Assembly (NCBI GenBank): GCA_002189035.1
Contig: NEEC01000155.1
Location: 1-29,018, forward strand
Reading direction: 5' to 3'
DNA: 29,018 bases
From: Utricularia gibba
Lineage: Eukaryota > Plantae > Magnoliophyta
Positions 1-11,218 of the stretch are shown here, in pieces (position 1 is the stretch's first letter; each line of letters begins with the position of its first letter). The position numbers and the translations under genes are program-made. Below the pieces are notes generated by a model, which saw only the letters and a list, made by a program, of their open reading frames with translations, did not search any database and was not told where the DNA came from.

Positions 1-21
1 CATGAAGTAAAGAATTATTAC

Positions 22-2595
22 CCTGCAGGGTCTAGAAGTAGTTGTTCTACATTGGATAAACGGGTAGCCGGTTCATTCTCTGATCCTCCATTGTCTGCAT
101 AGAGGAGGAAGATATGGGATTCAAGCTGTTTGTGGGAATGCTGATCAGAGAAAAAAAAAAGTTTTTTGTGAAATGGGTTGTTACCATTTGGGGTGATAGC
201 ACCGGAGGGAGTATGTTCCTGATCAGTTGAGCCTTCTGTGAAGTGGAGGCCTACTAAAAGGCTGTAATCCATGATTCTCTCTTGCTCAAGGAACTCACAG
301 TCCCTATCAACTTGTCTGCAAGGAAATACTGTGTAGTTAGAAAATAGAATACTTCTGCAATCCATTTTGATCATATTGGTAGAATTATCACCTCTTGAAT
401 TCTTGAAACCATGTTTTCTGCAGTCGAAAAATGAAGTTGAGATCAAGGTCCTTCAGTGTTGTGGTCGCATCAATCTCTGATTCTGGTTTATCCGTCAGTC
501 TACCAAAGGTTGAGCCTTTCAAGTCATATCTCCTATGAATCATGTACTCGGAACAGAACAGATTTCCCATGATGATGAACCGAACCTAATGCAGAGCAGC
601 TGATATTAACTTCTCTGGAAACAAGGTAACATCTCTCTCTTCATATGCTTTCATGATCCATATGCCATACCTTTTGTCCATTCAACTTGACACAGTGAAG
701 CCCATAATACTTGGTAACTAGCGTATTCTCGAACGATCGAACATGATTGTAGTAAGCGTTCAGCATCCTAAGAAGGACCTGATTTTTAGAAGAAAAAGGA
801 AAGGCAGGTCAGAGGTTGGTTTTGCCTGATGTTTATGGTTTTGGCAAGTAAAAACGATAACCTTACTTTTGTTTCGGCCTTCTTCATTGTCTTTATCATG
901 TATCGGTCATCATTGGTCAAGTAAAAGAAACTTCCACTTTTCCCTGGAGAAGATAGTTCTCGAAGTGCATCATTTCCACAGATGGATAACATGTAATCTG
1001 CAGGATCCACCTTAAACAACATCCTCAAGGACCTGCAAGAAATGAATATTCCTGAATATGCATGCAATGCAGGGATTGAATGTCTGACTATAAAGTTTTA
1101 TTACAAAAGAGTACCTGAATACTTTGGGGCAGTAATCTTTCCATTTAAACTCACAGGACTGATGGGGTGGAGTGATTTTGGAGCCCTCAGGAGGAAACTT
1201 CGTCCAAAATTTCTCTTTTGGATCAAATGCTGATGGCTTCATATCGAGAGAAGGAGGCGGTCCAGGCCTCCCAACAGAGTGCCTGCAAGGTTGAATCAAA
1301 AATTGGGGAGCAAGCCAAGGTAAGAATGTTACTTCATTTCAAACAACATGCAACTATCTAATGCATTTCATGCATCTTTAGCTGCTCAAAGGGGAAAGAA
1401 GGAAGTTTTCACCTGATTCCAAGTTGCAAATTAAGCATCAGCTCATAATTTCTATGGCCTTTGGATATTGTGTCCCCTTGTCTTTTAACCACTCTAGGGA
1501 TCCTTATTGCAGTGCCCTTGAGGAATCCAATTTCTGTTTGTAATGCAACTGGTCCATCATCTCCTTCACTTGTGATTCCCATCCTGTCCACAGATCCAGT
1601 GATCCAAGATGATGGCGCTGCACCATCCGACAACCTCATTCCTACAAAATCTTTGTCCACATGAGCATCTATCCTTCCATCAACCGACAACCTTCTAGGC
1701 CTGACAGTAGTCACATCTGATCCCTTGGAAGACCTCCAAACAGCCAGCTTTTTCTGCGATGGCCATAAGGGAATCTTATCAGACGGACAAACCTTCCATT
1801 CCTTCAATTCATTGAACACATCCTGAGGATCCCATTCCAGATTTCCTTCCATTGTTGATCCTGATGGATAGTAAGTCCCATTCTGCTCTGAAGGATCTGT
1901 GCTCCAATTCCCAACATAGAAACTCCCATCACTCCATTTGAATGTTCCGCTTCCCTTCGGCAAACCATCATCCCAATTCCCTTCAAATGCATCCCCATTT
2001 GTCCAACACATCTTCCCTTTTCCGCATATCTTTCCACCCTTCCATTCCCCAACATAATGATTCCCACTTTTCCATTGATACTTCCCTTGACCCTCCTGCA
2101 TCCCCCTGCTCCATTCCCCCTCATAGCTATCCCCATTCCCATATTCCTTCACTCCATATCCATGCTTTAAGTTCATCACCCATGATCCCTTATACGTCGT
2201 CCCATTGGCACTGGTGTACATCCCTTCTCCATCCATGAAGCCGTTCTTGAAACTCCCTTCATAGGTTGCACCAGAAGGCCAGCTGAATATCCCTTTCCCC
2301 ATCGTCTTCCCCCTCACCCAGTCTCCCACATACATGCATCCATCCGTCCACCAGTACTTGCCATGCCCATGGGGAAAGCTCTCGCACAATAGCCCGTGTA
2401 GTAGTCTCCGTTGGGAAGAAACTTCTCCGCCTGATAAACTTCCCCGGTCGACCGGCTGAGGTGATCATCCTCGTGATCGTGATCCTCGTTCTCTTCCTCC
2501 ACGGCGTGAGACATCCCGAAGATGGTGTTGGCGCGCTTCTTCGCCGCCGCCTGCGTCTTCCTCACGGTGGCTTCCCAGGCCTTCATGGGCATCAT
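22..2595 (-). CDS. PIP5K: Phosphatidylinositol 4-phosphate 5-kinase, MORN-repeat subfamily B (PIP5K4/5/6-like); 3'-partial, continues past the left edge; one frameshift at ~2387
   Basis: Exons (minus): 2595-1413, 1282-1115, 1032-867, 778-671, 585-392, 315-185, 94-22; all introns GT-AG with consistent phases. N-terminus [24 protein letters not shown]; MORN repeats (YxGxWxxGxxxGxG); [10 protein letters not shown]; FKWKDYCP; [13 protein letters not shown]; RRYDLKGS; TLKDLDL; IMDYSLLVG. Adding one base at ~2387 joins [10 protein letters not shown] to (W)[11 protein letters not shown]. Confidence 0.95.
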
Positions 2596-2613
2596 GCCTT
2601 GTTGCTCAGATTA

Positions 2614-2634
2614 TCAGAGCTGGGGTTCCTGCAT
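2614..2634 (-). other. Short upstream ORF (MQEPQL*) in frame with the PIP5K ATG
   Basis: ATG at 2634, 39 nt upstream of the ATG at 2595, followed by a TGA TAA double stop. Whether it is transcribed or translated is unknown. Confidence 0.3.
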
Positions 2635-3900
2635 TGTGGTGCGAACTCGTCCATGCAGACACAGATCAAATGGAGGGAGAGAGGTTGATGAAATGACAGA
2701 AGAATGAGAAAAAAGAAAGGAGATGATATCCGTTTTCCTTGGTGTTTCTTTTTCCCTTACCATCCTCTGCTTCTCTCCCATCGACGACGACAAACCAGGG
2801 GGCGAAACAACCTCGGCCAGACAAAAAAAAAACAATGCAAAATTCCTCTATTTTCTGCATTTTTTTCAATTATAAAATGATATTTTATGTAATATTAAAT
2901 TCGAATTACTACTCCTTTTAATTAAATATTTTTTTAATAAACGTCCCACCCGCCACTGATACAGAAAAGCCGAGCCCAATTTCGGAGGGCGGCGCCGTTG
3001 GAGTGCACGGCAAGAACAAAATCGAGAGCTAGTCTGCGGTGGTGGGAGAGCAGAAGAAACGGTGAGGAACTAACGGTATGGAAAATTCCATGAAAATAGC
3101 GAAAATATGTGAAAGTTGCTCTGGGTTGGAATACGATGCGAGATGGTTAATCTTTTGAGAGCTGCTTCTTGTTGATTGCCGTTATTGAGTCAGACTGATG
3201 AATTGTCTGTTGCTGTTTATTTCTGTGCAATGGAATTTAAATCGTGGTGGTGAGTTGGTAGCGTGTTTACTGTCTGCGCATACAATTTATAGAATGAGCA
3301 TACCAGAACGTTCTTCCCTGTTTGGAAAACAATTTTGCTTGCCTTTCATCTTTGAACTCACCCTGTAAGAGATAATGGTATGCTTGTACACTGTTATGGG
3401 GTGTGGGTTACGAGACAATGCTGTTAGCGTTCCCCGGGGAAAATGTCTTTTACCATTCACCAAGGAACTGATACACAATATGACTAAGTGTGATTTTCCA
3501 TATCTTGCAAAAGAACGACCTCATTATATTACTATCTTGTCATGTTGCTTTTCTTTTCCCGCAAGTATACATCATCATTTCAGGTATTGAAGAACAGAAG
3601 GAGATCCTCCGGTGATCAACTGCGTTTTGCTGTTTTCTGTAGTATGTTTCTGGAACTTCAGATGCGGAGATCAGAAGTCTTATGTGGAACCAACAGGTTT
3701 TATCTAGTTTGCAGATTTAAACTTGAAATGCGTTTCATCAATGGATGTAGTTACATAGAAGTATTTAGATTATGACTTTGAATACAATAGAAGGAAATGA
3801 AGCATGTGTTGATTTGTGTAAATGGCTTGTTGGTATTCAATGAAAAAACAAAGAGAAAATCAATTACAAATGCTTATCAAGTAATGATTAGGTTCCACTT

Positions 3901-6900
3901 CTATGTTTGTGACAGTGTGAAGAGCATCCTCAAGACCTCCTTCATAGTAGGCCGGTGATTGGGAATTTCCGTCGTGCAGAGTATCCCAATCCGCAGCAGA
4001 TCCCACATTTTCCCGGCCCCCTCCGCCACGCCGGAGATCAACACCTTCGCCGGAGTCTTTTCTCCCTTTTCATCTCCCATCACCCTCCTCGCCCACTCCA
4101 GCAAACACTCCTCTCCACCGTCCAACACCCTCCTCGCAGCGGCGAGCTCCATAACCAGCACCCCGTAACTGTACACATCCCCCTTCGTCGTCGCCTGCCA
4201 CGTCTGCCCATACTCCGGCGCCACATACCCCACTGTCCCTGCTACGGTCGTGCTGTAATGGGTGCCGCCGGCCTCCATTACGCGCGCCAGCCCGAAGTCT
4301 GTAACCCTGGCCGTACCGTTCTTGTCCAGGAGGACGTTGCTGGCCTTCACGTCTCTGTGAACTATGCTCGGATTGCATTCATGGTGTAGGAACATCAAGG
4401 CCCGAGCAACATCTACTGCAACTTGCAGTCTTCTTCTCCAATTGAAGCGGATCCCGTCGGTGATCATGTCTTCGAGGCTCCCCCCTTTCATGAACTCGTA
4501 CACAAGAAGCTTTTCCGATCCACCGAGAAACCATCCGTAGAGAGGAACTAGATTTGGGTGTCCCCCATTTCCTCTCAGTGCTTCCATTTCAGCCCAGAAT
4601 TCTCTCTCGCCGTCAATCCCATCAGTCTGCAGTTTCTTCACCGCTATCTGTGTCCCATCTGACAGAACGCCTCTGTAAACTACCCCAGACCCTCCCCTGC
4701 CGATGATCCTTTCACTGGAGAAGCTCCTAGTTGCCTTCACAATATCCGAGTGTGTGAACTTCATTTCATTCAAATGGATGGCCTTAAAGGTATCCCCCGA
4801 AGACAGACTGTTTCGATTCTTCGAGCGCCGTAGCAGATATCTACGGCAACATATGAAGACCAGTACTCCAATGATGAATAATGCAAGAAGAACCACGGCA
4901 AAGACGTGTGAAAATGGAGTTGCTGCTCTTGTTATCTTGCGCCCCTGAGGCTGGCTGCTTTGCCCCCTTTTGGAGGAGTTGCGCATAAACTCAGGTAGAT
5001 GCAAACCAGGGACACCAAAGAATGATGATTCCTGGAATGTAATAAACTGGTGGGCATCCGGGACACTGCCGGAGATAAGGGGATTGTACGAAATGTTGAA
5101 GTTAGTAAGTTCATACAAGTTTATGAGGCTCCAGGGGAAGATGCCAGAGAAGTTGTTGTATGACAAATCAAGATTTTGCAGGCATCTGATGTTGCCTATC
5201 TCAGAAGGAATGCTCCCGAGAAGAAGTTGTTTGAGATGTTGAGAACTGTCAATGGCAACTCCCCTATATCAGAAGGAAGCCTACCCTGGAACAGATTGTA
5301 GCCCAAGTGAATCATGCTGAAGTTTTTCATGTTTCCTATGGAATCAGGGACTTCGCCTGAGAGCTGATTGCCGCTGAGCTGAATGTATCCCATGGTTTGC
5401 ATCCTCCGCACGTTGGAACCCGGTAAGCACACAGAAAATAGGCCATACCCTTTCAGAATCTGGTCCCATAGGTTCCTGCAGCTCTTTCTTGTAAGAAGTC
5501 TGTATACAAAACTGAACGGGGATAATCCGCCGGTATCCATCTCATCATAGCCAGGCATTCGCCGGAGCCGGCAGGAAGCAGTCGGCTTGCCCTGTTGAGC
5601 ATAAAAGTAGGTGTGGCATTCACTCCGATGTTGGTCAGTTCACGTGGAAGCCCCCCTGAAAGCTGGTTATTCGCAAGATTCAGCCATAACAGGCTGCTAC
5701 AGTTCCCAAGTTCTCTTGGTATTTCCCCTGTCAGTGAATTGTTGGCCAGCATCAGCCACAACAGTGAAGTCAAATTCCCCAAGCTCCTTGGGATGGAGCC
5801 AAATAAGATGTTGAAGGAGAGATCGAGAGCTTGAAGGCTTCTAAGATCTCCATATTCGTCAGGTATGGCGCCGGAGAACTGATTGTGGGCGAGCATCAAG
5901 AACTGCAGGCTTGTCATGCGGGATGTATTCATTGGCAAACGCCCAGAAAAGTTGTTGAAACTCAGATCGAGACGCCTCAGATTAGACAAACTCAAGACTC
6001 CCGATGAGTAGATTCCTCCGGTGTAGGAATTCATGTGCAGCAGGAGATATCTAACCTGCGTTAAGCTCCCGAAAATCGTCTGTATGCTTCCCCCGAAGTT
6101 GTTTCGACTCAAATCAAGAAACTCCAGCGTCCCGAGGCTTATGAAACTCTCTGGAATCGTCCTGGAAAAGTTGTTGTTCCCCAAGTACAGACCTTGGATC
6201 TTGGACAATGAACCTATTTCCTCTGGGATCAGGCCGGTGAACCTGTTTCCCGACAGGCTTAGCATCTCCAGGTTCCTGCATTTGGAGATTTCTCCTGGGA
6301 ATTCCCCGGAGAAATGATTCGCTGACAGATCCAGGACCCGTAAGCTGCAATTCTCTGTGAAAATCGACACTGGGATTTCCCCGGTGAAACGATTCTCCGA
6401 CACCGAAAACTCTTCCATTCTGTCGAATCCAGGCCATATATCTCCAGTCAAGTTATTGGTGCTGAGATCAATATACTTGAGATTGGTACAGAATTCGAAA
6501 ACTCCACGGATGTTTCCGGTGAATCTGTTACCCGAAACATTCGCTACAAACAAATTGGAGCAGTCCATCGGAATGCCTAAACGAATATCAGCGCCCAACC
6601 TATTGAGGGACAAATCCAGAATCTCCAGATTCCTCAGACCCGTCAAGTTAAGCTGCCCGGAGATGAGATTGTGGGACAAATTCAACATCTTGAGATTCCA
6701 ACAACGGCCTATATCCTCCGGCAAATCTCCGGTGATTGTGTTACTTGAGAGATCGAGATATTTCAGCTCCGTGAGGGCGGAGAAGTTGGCAAAGAGGTTT
6801 CCCATGATGCTGCCATTGGAGAGATCGATTCCCACGACACGTTCAGCGCTACCCCCGCCGCCGCAGGATATTCCCGGCCAGGTACATGGAGAAGGAGATG

Positions 6901-7207
6901 TTGCATCCCACCGAGAATAATCTCCCTGATTGAAGACAACAGGGTTCAGGGTAACGAGAAAAGACTTGAGCTGTAGCAACACTTGCTTGTCCGTGACCAG
7001 AGAATAGTCCCCGCAAACAAGCTTTCCTGTTCACATGAAAGAAGAAGCAACATCAGTGATGGATGGTCTTCCTTATCTCAGAATCTGATCAAGGGTCAGT
7101 ACAGAAACAAATCCCTATGTCCCGGGAATCACACCTGAAACCAGAAAGACAAAGAAGATGAAGAGACGGGGCAGAAGCACATCCTCCTCGTCCTGGGACA
7201 TGATCAT
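3901..7207 (-). CDS. NILR1: LRR receptor-like Ser/Thr kinase, NILR1/At1g74360-like (~1066 aa after repairing two frameshifts at ~5518-5521 and ~5211)
   Basis: Exon 1 7207-7135 encodes a signal peptide (MIMSQDEEDVLLPRLFIFFVFLVS-G); intron 7134-7027 is GT-AG; exon 2 is 7026-3901. Contains an LRRNT (CTWPGISC), many plant LRRs (LxxLDLSxNxFSGxxP), the island segment GSGECLAMMRWIPADYP(P)FSFVY..LTRKSCRNLWD..LKGYGLF, a TM helix, and kinase motifs GRGGSGVVY, VAVKK-like IAVKK, HRDVKASNVLL, DFG, GTVGYVAPEYGQTWQATTKGDVYS. Confidence 0.93.
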
Positions 7208-7409
7208 GGCATCTGGGTCCAACCTACAACAAACAACAATTCTCTCCTCTTCTTCCCTGCAAAAACATTCCTTTTTTTGTCTGCTGTTTTTGGGAATCCC
7301 AAATTCCCCAAAATGGATGCCCAGCAGGGGTATGGGTGGATAGATAGTAGCAGTTGCGAAGAAAGCAAAGACAAAGGCATTTTGGAAGTTTCAACACTAA
7401 GAAAAATCT

Positions 7410-7415
7410 GGTCAA
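7410..7415 (-). promoter_or_regulatory. W-box (TTGACC) in the proximal upstream region of the LRR-RLK
   Basis: GGTCAA at 7410-7415, ~200 nt upstream of the ATG. Further TTGACT cores at 8457-8462 (minus) and 8864-8869 (plus). Motif match only. Confidence 0.35.
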
Positions 7416-7984
7416 AGTGTTCTCACCCGTGAAGCTATCTCCGAACCTTTTAACATTCTCCTCCCCCCTTCAAACCTCTCCATCATAAGTTAAGTTTTCA
7501 TTTCATTTCTGTGAAGAATACTTCACTTTTTACCCCCCTTAGCCGCATGAAGATGATGGATACCTGGATGGGTACCTTCAAAGAATCATTTTTTGTTTTT
7601 CTAGAAAGATGCAGTATTTTGTAATCATGTACAGAACTTGGACCCTGGAGTAGGAATTGCAGAGAAAGACTGAAATTTCCTTTGGAATTGGGGATGAATT
7701 TTCCGAGGGGGAAGCCGCCCAATTTGACAAGGAGTCAGCATTTTTTAGGTCGGAAATGTAACATGCCGTTTTACAATTCAATTAAGGTCTAGGGTTTGGA
7801 GCACCAACTTGATCACGACACATCTCTAACTTCGGGACTGGACTGTCTGTTTTAAAGTTCAACTAAGAGGTCGTCTAAATCCAACTCATGACTAATTTAT
7901 TTTATTTTTTAACAAAATAAAATTAAAAATTATTGAATTTAATGTAATTTAAATATATGACTAAACTTGAGAATAACTTTTTTT

Positions 7985-8006
7985 AAAAAAAAAAAAAAAA
8001 AAAAAA
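7985..8006. repeat. Poly(A) tract (22 nt) preceded by T7
   Basis: Directly visible homopolymer. Confidence 0.9.
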
Positions 8007-8081
8007 GAAGATTCAAAATCTTGCCAATGCATTATTCATGCGCACTTAGCAACGTCATGATTAGAAGATGCAAGATTGAAA

Positions 8082-8166
8082 TGGGCCACGTAATCCGGAT
8101 CCAAATAGAAATTAACGAGCCCATCCAAACGTGTATCTGGGCCGATACCCATTTATTCTGGCCCAA
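8082..8166. promoter_or_regulatory. Cluster of site II-like (TGGGCY) TCP-binding motifs
   Basis: TGGGCC at 8082 and 8138, AGCCCA at ~8118, GGCCCA at ~8161. Motif match only. Confidence 0.35.
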
Positions 8167-8343
8167 CTTCACACAAAAAATAAAATTAAAAAACAAAATA
8201 CGTGGGGATATTAAAAATAATAATAATATTAACTGCAGTTGGAAGATAACATCAACACGGTTATCGATCTGTAAAGTAACAAACAATTGCGTTGACAAAT
8301 ATTTAAATAAAAATGGACGTACCAAATTGCTCCTCTCCCACGG

Positions 8344-8890
8344 ACGTGGCACTTGCGTCCACGCATTCTTCCCATCCTTTTTAATAAAAAAAAATTACTG
8401 TATTATTTTAAACTGTTTAATATAAATAAAACGTGTATATTTTATTTTCATCCAAAAGTCAACGCTCTATTCTCGGATTTATTTTCTTGGTTGTAATAAT
8501 AAAACAACGGTAGCTGATGATGTGAGCAGGTACGGCTGCTCCCGGTTAGGTAAACTTAGCTTCTGCGTTACTTTTGATTATATTTATGTCATTTTTTTTT
8601 TGCAGTACAAAGCGGTTCATGTTTAATAATAAAATGTGACTCTAAAATATTTTTAAAATACTAAAATTTAAAAATGCATCCTTTCATTTTATTAAATCAT
8701 TTATAAAAAGTACGCAATTGGGTTTATTTCAAAATTAAAATAAAAAATATTAAGGGGGATGGACGGATGGACGGATGTCACGTGCAAAAAAGAGTCTTTT
8801 TCCGTTTAAAGAAATGTGGCGGCTATTTTTTGCGAAAGGTGTTTGGTATATCCATCCGACTGTTTGACTTTTACACATGGTGCCACGTGT
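8344..8890. promoter_or_regulatory. ABRE/G-box motifs in the RLK-CBL divergent spacer
   Basis: ACGTGGC at 8344-8350, CACGTG at ~8779-8784, and GCCACGTGTC at ~8882-8891. Motif match only. Confidence 0.35.
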
Positions 8891-10346
8891 CCCTAGACCC
8901 TCCTCTTCACCTGCTTCCGTAATCAAGGGCCGATCATCCTCCACGTCATAATTTCACCTTTGTTTATTTTTTTTATAAAAATCCCCTATATTCACGACCG
9001 TCCGTACACCTATTCTATTTTTTTTACCTTTAATAGCATAAAAATAAACACAAATCCCCATTTAAATTGTATAATATTTTTGTTTATCATGAAAAATATA
9101 TGCTTGTGATTAAACGGACCGACCATATTGATTGTAGCGAGGCACGTATACCCACCCTACTTTGCATGCCTTTATTGTTGTCTCCCACGTCCCTGAGAGC
9201 CTTCTTCCTAGTGATTATGATGTGGCCCCTCACTCCATACCATTCTTAATTAACCCACTAATCATCTATTAGTTATTACTAAAAATGGTGCTCATGAATT
9301 GCAGCTATTCCTTACTATTTATAAAATAATCATGATTGAATCCTTTTGGATGTTAAATCTATAATGGGTATGTTGAAGTCGACTGCACATTACTACTTTT
9401 GGACACGGACAGGGTGGCTGGCCAAGTGACGCTCATTATTGCAAGGGATTAATGAGCGAGTCTCTTAGGGCAACACGTAGCCCTACAAATTAGGCGCCAA
9501 TAAAACCGGTTTGAATGTAATTAATGCCGTAACCTCAATTAAGGAGGATGGTAATGATGGCCTCTCCTTTCCCAAAAAGGAAAAACTAAAATTAAGTTTA
9601 TAATACTGAAAAATAATTTGGATCTTCAAATTAAAATTTTAAAAATGTGAAACGTCAATAATAAAATAGTATAATCTAATTTTATAAATTAAAACTATAC
9701 AAAATTATAATTTATATCATTATCAATTGTTCATGTTATATTAGAATTGTTCTGTTTTATTAATTTTTTGAAGTAATTCTATTTAATTTTTGAATTTTTA
9801 ATTTTTAACCGTTTTATAATAAAAGCAGAAATTTATAAAATCTAAAAATTCTATATAATATGAAACACGGCTGAAATTATAGAAAAATCTCATTGTAGCA
9901 TTATAATTGATTTTTTCCACGTCTCATATTTGACAGCCTGGATTTTTGGTAATTTTTTTTAGGGAAATAAAAAGGCTTATTTCGTGTTTCATGTGCATGA
10001 TATTTGAGTTGACTTTTTGTAAAATATATTACCAAAAAAACAATGATATAGCCTTCGTCTTTCTTACAAAGAGTTTGTCGTTGACCTATTTTCTAAATGG
10101 TTTCTTTATTTCATTAGGCATATTAAAAGAATATCCAATTCTAATTATCATATTTTCCATCCTGAGAAAAATAGTTTTGTTACAAAAAATTGCTAATTTT
10201 CCTATATCATTATTTCATTTTTTAATTAATTAAAATAATTTGAATTTAAGTATTCATATATCACCTCATATAATAATTTAAATTTCATTTGATTATAATA
10301 TATATAATTATGCTAATGTCATTTCTAAATTTGAAATGATTTATAA

Positions 10347-10691
10347 GGAGAAAATTGCGTAAAAAAATCTCAATCCTACTTTTTTTAATATAACACGTAT
10401 CATTAATCATTTTTGTCATTATTTGACAAAATCAATCTCCAATACGTATCCGTATAATTAGCCCCCAAAATTTTATATTTTTTATGTTTTTGATCCTTCA
10501 CTCTTTAAATATGAGATGTAATTAGTTTTCAATTATTCAAAACTAGACTTGATTAGTTGATGACTAATTTTATCAAATATTTAAATAATTTAAGGATTGA
10601 TAAGACCAGTTATTTTAAATAATGAAGTTTATTTATATCAAATTTATGAATATGAAAATGTTTGAGACTAATTTTTTAAATCAATTTTGTC
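10347..10691. mobile_element. Possible degenerate non-autonomous (Mutator-like/MITE) element
   Basis: AT-rich segment with loosely complementary ends (GGAGAAAATTGCGTAAAAAAATCTC versus GAGACTAATTTTTTAAATCAATTTTGTC). No clear TSD. Confidence 0.2.
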
Positions 10692-10851
10692 ATTACAATT
10701 TTTTCATGTTTTTCTTGTTAAAATTAAAAGTAGAAAAGAAGTTTATTTTTGAGTTGGGGCGAAAGAGCAACAAACATTAGAAAAAGGTGGAAGCATCGGA
10801 TCGGTAAGCCCACCGGCATATCTATCCACATATTGTTCTTGTGTGTCTTTG

Positions 10852-10867
10852 TATATATATATATATA
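10852..10867. repeat. (TA)8 microsatellite upstream of the CBL gene
   Basis: Directly visible; followed by an ACGTG core. Confidence 0.85.
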
Positions 10868-11218
10868 CGTGGGCGGCATGCATTGAGATATGAGAGGTGA
10901 TCGATCGTGGGAGAAAGTTCAGCGGCGCCTTTAACGGTGAGGAATTGATAGTGAAAATCAACGGCGTTCGCCTTTGAATACAAACGGCATTCTGGAAGTT
11001 TCTAGTTTTGCTGGTTGAGATTGGTTCCGTGTTGTGTTGGGTATTGGGGGATGCACAACCGGGGGTTGGGGAAGCTTTTCTGATTTCTGGTTTTCACGTT
11101 GACTGCGATTATTGGCCACTCATATTTGATTTTTCGGGTCTCAGAGTGATTCTGGTTCATTCCCATTCTTAGGCGCGGTCCGGGCACTGGAATTGGGGAA
11201 AGAAATTGGATAGATTGA

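Noticed and set aside
1804-2238. Periodicity suggesting a tandem DNA repeat or array in PIP5K
   Set aside because: Explained by MORN protein repeats; not a CRISPR array or satellite.
3194-3300. Box C-like CTGATGA suggesting a C/D snoRNA
   Set aside because: Imperfect C box, and no properly spaced CTGA box D or terminal stem.
3955-4948. Antisense and alternative-frame ORFs over the RLK kinase domain
   Set aside because: No recognisable protein features; shadow ORFs of a long coding exon.
5560-6800. Periodic ~72-nt similarity in the RLK
   Set aside because: Explained by leucine-rich repeats.
7750-8006. Possible SINE or retro-copy ending in the A22 tract
   Set aside because: No Pol III A/B boxes and no TSD found.
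7967-10233. AT-rich ORFs in the spacer (e.g. 7967-8425, 9946-10233)
   Set aside because: Low-complexity K/I/F/N-rich translations of AT-rich DNA starting from non-ATG codons.
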